Shown here in pieces: positions 1-9,484 of a stretch of 64,000 bases of DNA. This DNA comes from Cyanophyceae cyanobacterium (GTDB taxonomy: Bacteria; Cyanobacteriota; Cyanobacteriia; Cyanobacteriales; JBHJGN01): contig JBHJGN010000016.1 of NCBI GenBank assembly GCA_050331735.1, forward strand, positions 1 to 64,000. The letters run 5' to 3'. Made by a program: the position numbers and the translations under genes. A model generated the notes under the pieces. It had not been told where the DNA came from, ran no database searches, and worked only from the letters and a program-made list of their open reading frames with translations. Each line of letters begins with the position of its first letter. Position 1 is the first letter of the stretch.

Positions 1-163
1 GTCTCATCAACTGCGAATTTTACGCACGATGCGCCTAGTCAGCCATCGTAAACAAGGGCGAAATGTTTTTTACTGTCTTAAAGATCATCACATTTTCAAT
101 CTTTACCGCGATGTGTCTGAGCATTTGGATGAGCCAGAAGAAGTGTTGTTAGAAGATGAATAA
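1..163 (+). CDS. ArsR/SmtB-family metalloregulator (SmtB/ZiaR-like), 3' part only
   Basis: Manual translation from base 2: [53 protein letters not shown]. Shows the ArsR recognition helix and wing, plus the alpha5 D-x-H...H-x-x-E zinc site. Not in the ORF track because it is 5'-truncated. Confidence 0.85.
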   Translation, partial: SHQLRILRTMRLVSHRKQGRNVFYCLKDHHIFNLYRDVSEHLDEPEEVLLEDE

Positions 164-786
164 ACGTTTTATGCTTCAACCTGCATAAACTAGGCAGGAT
201 AGCGGATGCGCCATTGTTGGAAGGCTCTGATGCCGACGCAGTAATACAATGATCGCGAGAGTCGGTGAAGTGATTGCGATCGCTTCATTTGAGTGCTGAG
301 TAGAACTAAGTCACCTACGTTCTTCGGTAACGGTGGTCTTAATCGTTCCTTATGCTTCTTAATCTTGCTGACAAATGTTCTTTAATAGTCACGACTCTGC
401 CTCAATCTAGGGAAAGGCAATTCTATAACTTCTGCCACGTAAAACTTTGAGAGGGATATGGCAGTGAAATTTACGAATAGTTGCAATACCCCGTTGCGGA
501 CTGAGTCAGCAGACAAAATACTCTTCTCACTCTCTCTCAGATTCCCCATCGATTTGTGGTCTGTTTTCATGTGCTGATATCCGCCAAAAACGCCAGTAGG
601 CAGTCTCCCGCTAGCCGACAGAGAGCGATCGCCCCTCAGCGCAGATGAGAAGATTTCAACTATCTGTTGCTGACTGTAACGATTTAGCGATCCCGTTAAT
701 AATTATTGCAGGTACTTGTCACAGTTGTTAGTGTCTGATATGTAAACCCACTCAGTCAGCAATGAGTGTTTATCGGAGGAACAACC

Positions 787-918
787 ATGTCATCTACAAC
801 GATCGCATTAATTGCCGTCTTGGCTCTCGGCTGGTTTTTCGCTGTCACCTTTGGCACCTGGGCTTATTTTGCCAATGAGCCTCAAGCGGGACGCTTAGGA
901 GACAACAATAAGAACTAA
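787..918 (+). CDS. Small single-TM cyanobacterial protein (43 aa)
   Basis: GGAGGA RBS at 775-780, ATG at 787, TAA at 916-918. Sequence MSSTTIALIAVLALGWFFAVTFGTWAYFANEPQAGRLGDNNKN has one hydrophobic helix. Below the ORF-track cutoff. Confidence 0.7.
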   Translation: MSSTTIALIAVLALGWFFAVTFGTWAYFANEPQAGRLGDNNKN

Positions 919-1089
919 GTCGGATCGGGGACGACACCGAGATAGGCGCGACTAGCGGTATGGTGTGCTTAGGAACGTCAAAAAGGAGCAATAGTCAATC
1001 CCTAGGACACGATCGAGCCCCCGACGGTGTTCGTCCCTTCCTGACTTGTCAACTGTGCAGCGCTGCTAATCTGAATCAATGGATCGCTT

Positions 1090-4000
1090 CTAGTTCAAGT
1101 CTGAGTTTCCTTCAACCGCGCCTTCGGCTTGATGAACAATGGCCCTTAATTTATCAACGGTTTCCCGCTCAATATTTTGCCACAGTCCCCGCTGATGGGC
1201 TTCTAAAAGCCGTTCTGCCATATCTCGCAGCGCCCACGGGTTTTTCTGTTGAATAAACTTCTGTACCGCTTCATCCAACAGGTACGCCTCGGCAACTCCT
1301 TGATACATAAAATCTTCCACGCATCTGGCGGTAGCGTCGTAGGCAAACAAGTAATCGACCGTCGCCGCCATCTCGAAGGCTCCTTTATAGCCGTGACGCA
1401 TCACTCCCTCAATCCACTTGGGATTGACCACTCGGGAACGATATACCCGAGCAATTTCCTCTTTCAACTGCCGCACTTTCGGATGGAACGGAACCGAATG
1501 ATCACCAAAATAGGTTTGCGGATTCTTCCCCGTCAACGCCCGCACTGAGGCCGTTAAACCGCCCTGAAACTGATAGTAATCGTCGGAGTCGAGGAGATCG
1601 TGTTCGCGATTATCCTGATTGTGCAGCACCACCTGTAACTGCTTCAGGCGCTGCTCAAACGCTTCTGTCGCTGAATAGGCGCGACCGTTGGCTCCATAAG
1701 CATAGGCACTCCAGTTGATGTAGGCTCGGGCTAAATCTTGGTCATCGGTCCAGTTTTGGGCTTCGATCAATCCCTGCAACCCGGCTCCGTAGGCTCCCGG
1801 TTTAGAGCCAAAGATGCGAAAGCGCGCTCGCTCTTGGGCCTGCTCTAGCTCTAGTCCCTGCTGCTGCCAAAACTCGGTTTCTACGGCTACCTGAGCGGCT
1901 AGGGGGTTTATTTCTGGGGTTTCATCCAAATAAGCGATCACCTTTGTTACATTGTTTAGTAAGTCGAGTAGATTAGGGAAACTATCTCTAAAAAAGCCCG
2001 ACACCCTCACCGTCACGTCAACGCGAGGTCGTCCTAAAACAGCGGTCGGGAGGATTTCAAAATCGACCACGCGGCGCGATGGTCCGTCCCACACTGGGCG
2101 CACCCCCATCAGAGCGAGCACTTGAGCGACATCATCGCCTCCCGTGCGCATCGTTGAGGTTCCCCAGATGGAAATGGCCAGAGATTGAGGATATTCCCCG
2201 TTTTCCTGGGTATAGCGCTCGACAACCGCCTCCGCCGCTTTACTGCCCACATCCCAAGCCGTTTCAGTTGGAATGGCGCGAATATCCACCGAGTAGAAAT
2301 TCCGACCCGTTGGCAGCACATCCGGTCGTCCTCTCGTCGGTGCGCCCGCCGCACCGCTAGGAACATAGCGACCGCTCAATCCTCGCAAAAGATGGTCTAA
2401 TTCTTGAGGGGTTTGCTGGAGTGCAGGCAGGAGGAAAGTTTTAATCCAGTGAAGTTCTTTCTGGGTGCAAGTCCCTGAATCTGGCTTTGATTCAGGGGTA
2501 AGCAAATTTTCTACGAGTTGAGCAGCGGTTGCTTCTAGTACTTCAACGACATCGCCCAAGATACGACACTGCTTCAGTTCGTGGAGAAATGGGGTCATTG
2601 AGGCATCCGCAGAAAACGGCTCTCCCAAATCAGCACTGAGCGGATCGAAATCTAACTGGAGGTCGGCGGCTAAGGCACGGGTTAAACCCAGGCGATTCCG
2701 ACTTGGAGAACGAGCGATCGCCACTAGCAAATCGCGAAGCTGTTTTCCTTGGGGACATTGACCGTATATGTGCAATCCGTTCCGAATTTGAGCTTCTTTC
2801 AGTTCGCAGAGATAGCCGTCAGCGGTGGTGAGAAATTCAGCGAAATTGCGCTCGATTCGCTCAATGCCTAAATCTGCATTAAAGCTCGTTTGAGCACTCA
2901 GGGTGGTAATCCGCTCCTTAATCAGCTTCAGTCGAGCCGGATCTAACGTCTGGGCTTCGTAATATTCGTCGATGAGGGCTGCTAGTTTTTCCAGGGGACC
3001 GTAAAGTTCAGCCCGAGTCATCGGTGGCGTTAAATGATCGAGAATGACCGCCCCTGCCCGACGTTTCGCCTGTGACCCTTCGCCGGGATCGTTAACGATA
3101 AACGGATACAGATGGGGAATAGCGCCGAGGGCAATTTCAGGATAACACTGGGCAGAAAGCGCCACGCTATACCCCGGAAGCCACTCTAAGTTACCGTGTT
3201 TGCCAACGTGAACAATAGCGTGAGCTTCAAAAAGGTGGCGCAGCCAGTAATAGAAGGCTAGATAGTGATGAGTCGGCTCTAAATCCGGCGCATGATAATT
3301 TAAGCTCGGATCGAGATCGTACCCCCGCGACGGCTGAATGCCGACAAACACATTTCCTAGCTGAATGCCAGGAATGGGAAAGTCGCTGCGCGACGGGGAA
3401 AGGGCCAAGGGGAAGGGGGAAAGGGGGGGGAATGCTTCCTGTTCCTTTGCAGCGGTGTTTTGTGCATCTGTACATGGTCCCCAGCGATTAATAATCGCCT
3501 GCTGTACTGCTTCAGGGAGGGTAGTGAAATAGTGTTGATAGTCCTGGCAGGAGAGAGATTGATGAATCGAACGGTACTCTTGAGCTTCGGGGTCGTTGGT
3601 GATCCCCTTGGTTAACCGGGCGAGCAATTCATCTCCGGTAGCGGGAATATGTTTAACTGAGTAATCTGCTTGTTGCAGGGCCTTAAGAATTTCGAGGCAG
3701 CTAGCGATTGTATCTAAACCAACGCCGTTAGCGATTCTGCCGTCTCGATTAGGATAGTTGGCTAAAACGAGCGCAATTTTTCTCGATGCTGGCGGCGTTT
3801 GCCGCAGGCACACCCAGTTAGCGGCTAAGTCAGCCACAAAGTTAAGGCGATCGCTTTCGGGCTGATAAACAACCACATCGGTTTCTAGCTCGTCATTCCA
3901 GGTCTGTACTGACTTAAAAGAAACAGCGCGGGTAATAATTTTGCCGTCTACTTCGGGTAAAGCGACGTTCATCGCTACATCTCGCGGCGTTAGTCCGCCG

Positions 4001-4956
4001 CCAGCGCGCCACTGAGCGGCGGTGCTGCTGCTCAGCACCACCTGCAACACTGGCACATCCAGGTGATGCCACACCGACTGGTACTCGCCGGACGCATCCA
4101 GCTTGGCTACCGAGAAGCTAGTGGTGTTGAGTAATAGCTGTACAGAATCACCGGGAGACTGCCAGTAGGAGAATAATGCTGCTTGCAGCTCCTCGTCGCG
4201 GGGTGAAGCCACAAACACGGGCACCGGCTTTAAATTCCTGGCTGCTAATGCTTGACAAAGCGCATCAATCGGTAAGGTATTGCCAGCCAAATAATGAGAC
4301 CGATAAAACAGAATCCCCACAGAAGCCCGAGGAGTCAGGAAGGTCGTCTCTTCTCCCCTTTCCCCTTTCCCCTTTTCCCCTTCCCCGTCGCGAAGCGACT
4401 GCTCTTTATCCCACTGATATAGTCCGACGCGAGGCACTGCCTGCGGTCCCGGTGGCTGATAGGCAGTGCCTAAGCACATATCGCTGATAAACTGAAGCGC
4501 ATTACCAATATTGTCTCGGCCTCCTTCGGTAAAATAGCGCCACAGCTTGTCAACAGCCGCGAGAGGAACGGTAGAGTGACTCATGAGATCCGGGTCGGGA
4601 GCGGCATCACCGGGCAAAACAAAGAGAGCCGTGCCAGTTTGGGCACTCTCTTGGACCACTTCTAAGCCGTAGGACCAGTAGGAACGTCCTCCCAATAACC
4701 GGAGAACAATCACCTGAGCTTGCGAAAGGATGGTATCGGCATAGGTATCGATGCTAAGCTGCTGTTGAAGCTGGAGAAGATGAGCCACTCGAATCTGGGG
4801 GAATTTCTGGGGCAGGAAAGCAACAGCAGCAGCGAGGGTTTGAATATCTGTGTCTGCTGCCGTCAAAACGATGAGAGGAGCCGGAGTTTGCTCAACAATA
4901 ATGACTCCTTCTGAACCAGGATGCCACCCTCCAGGAGTGGCAGCGATGCGATGCAT
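1090..4956 (-). CDS. cobN: Cobaltochelatase subunit CobN
   Basis: 1288 aa. N-terminal MHRIAATPGGW; motifs ALPEVDG, HVGKHGNLEWLPG, PGEGSQAKRR, LPTGRNFY, GRPRVDV and NPKWIEG of the CobN/ChlH family. Confidence 0.95.
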   Translation of the reverse strand: MHRIAATPGGWHPGSEGVIIVEQTPAPLIVLTAADTDIQTLAAAVAFLPQKFPQIRVAHLLQLQQQLSIDTYADTILSQAQVIVLRLLGGRSYWSYGLEVVQESAQTGTALFVLPGDAAPDPDLMSHSTVPLAAVDKLWRYFTEGGRDNIGNALQFISDMCLGTAYQPPGPQAVPRVGLYQWDKEQSLRDGEGEKGKGERGEETTFLTPRASVGILFYRSHYLAGNTLPIDALCQALAARNLKPVPVFVASPRDEELQAALFSYWQSPGDSVQLLLNTTSFSVAKLDASGEYQSVWHHLDVPVLQVVLSSSTAAQWRAGGGLTPRDVAMNVALPEVDGKIITRAVSFKSVQTWNDELETDVVVYQPESDRLNFVADLAANWVCLRQTPPASRKIALVLANYPNRDGRIANGVGLDTIASCLEILKALQQADYSVKHIPATGDELLARLTKGITNDPEAQEYRSIHQSLSCQDYQHYFTTLPEAVQQAIINRWGPCTDAQNTAAKEQEAFPPLSPFPLALSPSRSDFPIPGIQLGNVFVGIQPSRGYDLDPSLNYHAPDLEPTHHYLAFYYWLRHLFEAHAIVHVGKHGNLEWLPGYSVALSAQCYPEIALGAIPHLYPFIVNDPGEGSQAKRRAGAVILDHLTPPMTRAELYGPLEKLAALIDEYYEAQTLDPARLKLIKERITTLSAQTSFNADLGIERIERNFAEFLTTADGYLCELKEAQIRNGLHIYGQCPQGKQLRDLLVAIARSPSRNRLGLTRALAADLQLDFDPLSADLGEPFSADASMTPFLHELKQCRILGDVVEVLEATAAQLVENLLTPESKPDSGTCTQKELHWIKTFLLPALQQTPQELDHLLRGLSGRYVPSGAAGAPTRGRPDVLPTGRNFYSVDIRAIPTETAWDVGSKAAEAVVERYTQENGEYPQSLAISIWGTSTMRTGGDDVAQVLALMGVRPVWDGPSRRVVDFEILPTAVLGRPRVDVTVRVSGFFRDSFPNLLDLLNNVTKVIAYLDETPEINPLAAQVAVETEFWQQQGLELEQAQERARFRIFGSKPGAYGAGLQGLIEAQNWTDDQDLARAYINWSAYAYGANGRAYSATEAFEQRLKQLQVVLHNQDNREHDLLDSDDYYQFQGGLTASVRALTGKNPQTYFGDHSVPFHPKVRQLKEEIARVYRSRVVNPKWIEGVMRHGYKGAFEMAATVDYLFAYDATARCVEDFMYQGVAEAYLLDEAVQKFIQQKNPWALRDMAERLLEAHQRGLWQNIERETVDKLRAIVHQAEGAVEGNSDLN
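3381..3432 (-). repeat. CCCCTTT-like heptamer tract with GTCGC-GCA-GCGAC mini-hairpin, in frame within cobN
   Basis: Minus strand TTCCCCCCCCTTTCCCCCTTCCCCTTGGCCCTTTCCCCGTCGCGCAGCGACT; encodes FPPLSPFPLALSPSRSD. Confidence 0.75.
4351..4400 (+). repeat. CCCCTTT heptamer tract with GTCGC-GAA-GCGAC mini-hairpin, in frame within cobN (opposite orientation)
   Basis: TTCTCCCCTTTCCCCTTTCCCCTTTTCCCCTTCCCCGTCGCGAAGCGACT; encodes SLRDGEGEKGKGERGE on the cobN strand. Confidence 0.75.
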
Positions 4957-5001
4957 TAAGCTTGTTTACCTTTAGTGGAGAAAGGGTGTGAAGATTCCAT
5001 G

Positions 5002-5053
5002 AGTGACCAATTATCCGTTGTTGGTTGAGTTGATTACTGGCTCACGGGTCACT
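5002..5053. repeat. STRR-like heptamer cluster bracketed by AGTGACC/GGTCACT inverted repeat
   Basis: AGTGACC...GTTGTTGGTTGAGTTGATTACTGG...GGTCACT. Similar GTTGAT/GTCACTG clusters at about 8122-8151 and 14685-14725. Confidence 0.5.
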
Positions 5054-5164
5054 GTTAAAAATACTTTACCGACCTTTAGAAATAATTAGAGACTGCGGCA
5101 GTCAATTAATAACGCGCCATGCTGTAGGTAGCACTAAGACGCTACTAAGAATTGTAGCAACGAG

Positions 5165-7456
5165 ATGTCTAGTTACCAAGAGTCCATTTTACGTCGGGCT
5201 ATATCAAAAGAGCAGTTTGAGCAACTGTGCTGTCTGTGGCAGCAGACGGCACAATCGACTCAAGCTTTGTTAGTGACAGAGACAGAGCTATTGACTCGCG
5301 GTAAAAATCAACGGCAAGAGCGCTTCCGGCTCCTCCTCGGCCAGCAGTTTAGCGCTCTTCTCTTCGGCAATCAAATTACAGAGGATGACGTTTACGTATC
5401 CGCTACTTTCGACCCACAAGCGATCGCCAATTTCTCGCCTCTGCTAGAGCAGCAGCTCGGGTCTTCTGCGGGCAAACGCCTTGAGCGCCTTCACCAGGCT
5501 CGGCTAGCGAAGCCAACAGAAATTATCAGTCATTTTGCTCTGCAATTGCTGGAGATTTTGGCTCCGAATACTGAGCGTCCATCTACTTCAGTTGCTCAGG
5601 TGGTGCGCCAACCGCTTGAACAAGAACCGATTCTCGATGCTTTTCAGAACATTAACGGGTCGATCGCAAAAACGGTGAAGCAGGTTCGCAGCTTGCTTCA
5701 GGTCGATAGAGTAGTGATTTATCAGACCGATGTTGAGCTGAGTGAGGAAGCGGACGAGCGACGCTTGGTTGATGCGGTTACCTATGAAGCTTTGGCTTCT
5801 GAGCGCATTCCCTCGATTCTGCACTTTCAAGAGGAAGTCTGTTTGAGCGAGTCTCCCGACTGTCGAGATAAATATCGTCAAGGGTTTACCTTAGCCGTTG
5901 ATGACGTTCATACAGATTCTCGGCTTGGTTTGTGTGTGCAAATGCTCATGCAAGAGCTCCGGGTAAGGGCAAAGCTCGTCACGCCAATTGTCGTTCAGGA
6001 AAAGCTCTGGGGGTTACTGATTGCTCATCAATGCACGGCTCGTCAGTGGCAGCCAGCCGAAATCCAGTTTCTCAAGAACGTCGCCGACTATTTGGCGATC
6101 GCTATTTACCAAACCCAGTCTTACCAGCAACTCCACCAGCAACAGCAAGGGTTAGAACGGCAAGTCGTGCAGCAGGCTCAAGAACTGAAAGAGGCCCGCA
6201 TCGTCGCTCAAGCTGCTAACCAGTCTAAAAACGAGTTTTTAAGCAATATTAGCCACGAGTTTCGCACTCCTCTGACCCACGTCATCGGTTTGTCCGGGAC
6301 GCTGATGCATTGGTCTAAACAAGGAGTTTCTTTCCCGGTTCACAAACAGCGGCAGTATTTAGACAAGATTCACGATAGCGGCAAGCAGCTTCTCGCTCTC
6401 ATCAACAACCTTCTCGACCTCTCTCAAGTTAAAGCTGGACAATCCTTGCTGCACATCAGCGAGTTTTCTCTTCAGCAGCTTGCTCGGCAGGTGTTCCAGT
6501 CTGTGCAGCCAGAAGCCGCTGCTCAAAATATCACTCTCCAGCTAGATTTACAAGTTGAGCCTTACCAGGACCGGTTTTGGGCAGATCCAGAGCGAGTGCA
6601 GCAAATCCTAGGGCATCTGCTCGATAACGCGATTAAGTTTACTCCGGCTGGAAACAGGGTGACACTGAGAGTCCATCGCGAAGATGAGTATGCTATTTTC
6701 CAAGTAGAAGATAACGGCATTGGGGTTGCTCAGGAACAGGTTCCGCTGCTATTTGAAGCGTTTCAGCAGCTAGAGCATTCGCGCCAGCGGACTCATGGCG
6801 GCGCTGGCTTGGGTTTGTCTTTAACAAAAGAATTAGTCGATCTTCATCGAGGCACCGTTGAAGTAGAATCAACCGTTGGCCAAGGCTCTTTGTTTACTGT
6901 CCGGCTCCCGCCTCAAAGTTCCGCCGAAGCACTTCCTGACAAATTGAAAGAAGACAGTACCGCTGTTAAAGGAGCGACGGGTTCCTCCCAGGCGAATCCA
7001 TCGCCAAACGCAGGTTTCCGAGCCCAGCCCCAAGAATTATGCCCCGACTGCTCTCCGCAAAACACGCTAGCCGCACTCAGTTCCGGCACTGAAGGCAGGG
7101 CGAGTCGTAGCCAGGGCGTAGTTGTTCTCGTGGAAAACGACGAGGAAGAAGCGTCCTGGATCGGCAAAATGCTGTCCGCTAACGGCTATCAGATGGTCTG
7201 GTTAACCAATGGCTCAACGGCGGCGGCTCAAATTCAGTGGCTGCGGCCAATCTGCGTGATTCTCAGTTGGCAATTGCCTAACGTGCGCCATACTATTCAC
7301 ACTCTCAAGCAACTGCTAACGACCAGCAACACCAAGGTACTTCTCCTCACTTCTTCAGGCGCTCCCGGGCAGCAAGAATTGTTCGAGGAGCTGGCAGACG
7401 ACTTTATTCAAAAGCCAATACAGCCAGAGCAGTTTTTAGCAAAGCTTAGCAATTAA
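5165..7456 (+). CDS. cikA: Circadian input kinase A-like GAF-histidine kinase-pseudoreceiver protein
   Basis: N-terminal domain; GAF (VDRVVIYQ...LWGLLIAHQC); HisKA H-box ISHEFRTPL; HATPase N/G boxes. The C-terminal receiver-like domain lacks the phospho-Asp (VILSWQLP). Confidence 0.8.
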   Translation: MSSYQESILRRAISKEQFEQLCCLWQQTAQSTQALLVTETELLTRGKNQRQERFRLLLGQQFSALLFGNQITEDDVYVSATFDPQAIANFSPLLEQQLGSSAGKRLERLHQARLAKPTEIISHFALQLLEILAPNTERPSTSVAQVVRQPLEQEPILDAFQNINGSIAKTVKQVRSLLQVDRVVIYQTDVELSEEADERRLVDAVTYEALASERIPSILHFQEEVCLSESPDCRDKYRQGFTLAVDDVHTDSRLGLCVQMLMQELRVRAKLVTPIVVQEKLWGLLIAHQCTARQWQPAEIQFLKNVADYLAIAIYQTQSYQQLHQQQQGLERQVVQQAQELKEARIVAQAANQSKNEFLSNISHEFRTPLTHVIGLSGTLMHWSKQGVSFPVHKQRQYLDKIHDSGKQLLALINNLLDLSQVKAGQSLLHISEFSLQQLARQVFQSVQPEAAAQNITLQLDLQVEPYQDRFWADPERVQQILGHLLDNAIKFTPAGNRVTLRVHREDEYAIFQVEDNGIGVAQEQVPLLFEAFQQLEHSRQRTHGGAGLGLSLTKELVDLHRGTVEVESTVGQGSLFTVRLPPQSSAEALPDKLKEDSTAVKGATGSSQANPSPNAGFRAQPQELCPDCSPQNTLAALSSGTEGRASRSQGVVVLVENDEEEASWIGKMLSANGYQMVWLTNGSTAAAQIQWLRPICVILSWQLPNVRHTIHTLKQLLTTSNTKVLLLTSSGAPGQQELFEELADDFIQKPIQPEQFLAKLSN

Positions 7457-7615
7457 ATCGATAGCCGAGCGCTACATCAAACGGTTGCTACTTTCAGGTA
7501 CTATGGAAAAACAAACTTTAAAATGCTTTGCGTAATTTAAAAGTGAGTTTTTCTGTTAATCTTTAAGCAACGACTGACTCCTCTGAGGCTCTTCTCAAGC
7601 AATTAGCTACTTATT

Positions 7616-7972
7616 ATGCAGTACTTACTGATTTTAGCCTTATTTATTGCTATTTTATCTGTCGTTTTTGCCCTGCAAAACGCCATTCCTATTCCAGTTA
7701 ATCTTCTCATTTGGGAAGTGAGAGGATCGTTGGCGTTAGTTTTGCTGGTTACGTTGGGAGTCGGAATTATCGTCGGTATTCTAGCAATGGCTCCTAGCTT
7801 AGTTAAAAAAAGTTTGAAGATATCGCATCAAAACAAAAGGATTAAGCAACTTCAAGAAACCATTACTGAGAAAGATACGGTAGCAGCACCATCCTCAAAC
7901 CTTGATTCATCAAGTTCAATGCCAAGCGATTCAACAGCAAAACTAGACCAAGAAACAGTCAACAACGATTAG
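7616..7972 (+). CDS. LapA/DUF1049-family membrane protein
   Basis: Two TM helices flanking FALQN, followed by a coiled-coil tail. Confidence 0.75.
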   Translation: MQYLLILALFIAILSVVFALQNAIPIPVNLLIWEVRGSLALVLLVTLGVGIIVGILAMAPSLVKKSLKISHQNKRIKQLQETITEKDTVAAPSSNLDSSSSMPSDSTAKLDQETVNND

Positions 7973-8174
7973 CGATCGCTCGTCATAGCGTTTCTCAAAA
8001 AGTGTGAGGTACACCAGAAACGATGGCGGGAACAATCAACAATCAAGCAGCGCCCCCAGCCATCAACAAAAACTGGGATTTAGAGCTTGACCTCATTAAA
8101 GTGAGAATTGTTATCTGAAATAGCGATTAGTTGATTGGTAACTGGTCACTGCTAAACTGAGCAAGCACAACAAA

Positions 8175-8846
8175 ATGTTGGCCATAACTAAAATCAAGTC
8201 TGGATTAATTGTTTCCTGCCAAGCGCCCGCTGATTCGCCGCTGCATCATCCGCTAGCGATCGCCCTGATGGCCAAAGCGGCAGTAGCGAGGGGAGCCGTT
8301 GGCGTGAGAATTGATACGCCGGAACACGTGCGAGCCGTCCGAGAACAGTTGCCCACGGCTCCCATTATTGGGTTATGGAAGCGACACACCGAGTCTGCCG
8401 TTTATATTACTCCTCGCTTTACAGACGCGGCGGCCATTGCGCAAGCCGGAGCAGATGTGGTGGCGATTGATGCGACCGCTAGACCGCGCCCCCAGGGAGA
8501 AACGATGGCGGAGATAATTGCTCGTATTCATCAGGAACTGGGAAAACCAGTGATGGCCGATGTCGATACCCTAAACAATGCGATCGCTGCGGCTGAAGCG
8601 GGAGCAGACCTGGTGGGAACCACGCTCTACGGCTACACAGAGCAAACTCGCCATTGTTCTCCCCCTGGCTATACGTTGCTAAAGAGTATCGCTGAGCTGA
8701 ATATTCCGGCCATTTGCGAAGGAGGCGTTGCGTCCCCGCAAATGGCTCAAGAGGCTTTAGAGTTAGGAGCCTATGCTGTCGTTGTCGGCACAGCGATTAC
8801 AGGCATTGATGCCCACGTAGAAGCTTTTCAAACCGTTTTCAATTAA
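8175..8846 (+). CDS. nanE: N-acetylmannosamine-6-phosphate 2-epimerase
   Basis: Motifs GLIVSCQA, PIIGLWK, YITP, DATARPRP, GTTLYGYT and VVVGTAIT. Confidence 0.93.
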   Translation: MLAITKIKSGLIVSCQAPADSPLHHPLAIALMAKAAVARGAVGVRIDTPEHVRAVREQLPTAPIIGLWKRHTESAVYITPRFTDAAAIAQAGADVVAIDATARPRPQGETMAEIIARIHQELGKPVMADVDTLNNAIAAAEAGADLVGTTLYGYTEQTRHCSPPGYTLLKSIAELNIPAICEGGVASPQMAQEALELGAYAVVVGTAITGIDAHVEAFQTVFN

Positions 8847-8956
8847 AGCGCCACCGGCGCGGGGTAAGCAGCGGAGCTGCGGGAAAAGGGGAAAGGGAGA
8901 ATAAAACAGTTTGTTCCTCAATTTTGGGTTTTTATTCCCGTTTTATAGGGCCTGAT

Positions 8957-8980
8957 CCCTTTCCCCGTCCCGGAGCGACT
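8957..8980 (+). repeat. Mini-hairpin repeat copy (intergenic)
   Basis: CCCTTTCCCCGTCCCGGAGCGACT; same consensus as the cobN copies. A GGGAAAA-type tract lies at about 8880-8900. Confidence 0.65.
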
Positions 8981-9334
8981 CTATGATTGAACAGATTGTC
9001 GTGCTGGCACAATTCCTTTGCGGTTAAGGCAGCTTTCAAACTCTTTTTCGGCATCGCTTATGGCCGGACTGTTGGTGAAATTGAAGGCGCGCTCTACCTG
9101 ATCGTTGGTCATTTCACCTAAAGCGCGGGAGATGCGATCGCCAACGTCCTTATTGTTAAGAGTCAGTTCCTTTGGCAAACAAGAAGTAAAGGCTTCAATG
9201 CGTTCGCTGGTGGCCGATGGGGTGCTGACCTGTGCAGCCTGAGCGGGTTGTCCCCAGTTTAGCCACAGGAAACCAACGAGCAAGCCTGTAAATACGGTTG
9301 TATAGAGTTTAATGCTTTTGATGAGTTTAATCAT
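8981..9334 (-). CDS. Small secreted protein with two Cys (paralogue of 9485-9868)
   Basis: Signal peptide ending AQA; SCLP...SDAEKEFESCL. ATG 9334 is preferred over GTG 9361 because the candidate -10 box lies at 9364-9369. Confidence 0.75.
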   Translation of the reverse strand: MIKLIKSIKLYTTVFTGLLVGFLWLNWGQPAQAAQVSTPSATSERIEAFTSCLPKELTLNNKDVGDRISRALGEMTNDQVERAFNFTNSPAISDAEKEFESCLNRKGIVPARQSVQS

Positions 9335-9363
9335 GGTTTTGTCCACGTTTAATTTCGTCACTT

Positions 9364-9408
9364 ACGCTAAATTGAGAGAGGAGCAGATTTCATCTTTCCT
9401 AGGACAGG
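9364..9408 (-). promoter_or_regulatory. Palindromic motif CCTGTCCTAGGAAAGATG + 21 nt + TAGCGT (-10)
   Basis: Shares 17/18 nt with the motif upstream of the neighbouring paralogue. Confidence 0.55.
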
Positions 9409-9484
9409 GAAGACGCAGAATTCTTCATAAAAGCGGTATTCTCAACGGCTATTTTCTTAATGTTGTGTCTTCCCGTATCAAGGC

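Noticed and set aside
382..570. 62-aa minus-strand ORF
   Set aside because: No recognisable motif or RBS; probably spurious.
560..630. CGGGAGACTGCC on the minus strand, loosely like a cobalamin riboswitch B12 box
   Set aside because: Other conserved riboswitch elements are not visible, and it lies downstream of cobN rather than upstream.
960..4914. Short alternative-frame ORFs overlapping cobN (likewise within polA, the adhesins and the nuclease)
   Set aside because: Shadow ORFs of long, clearly coding genes.
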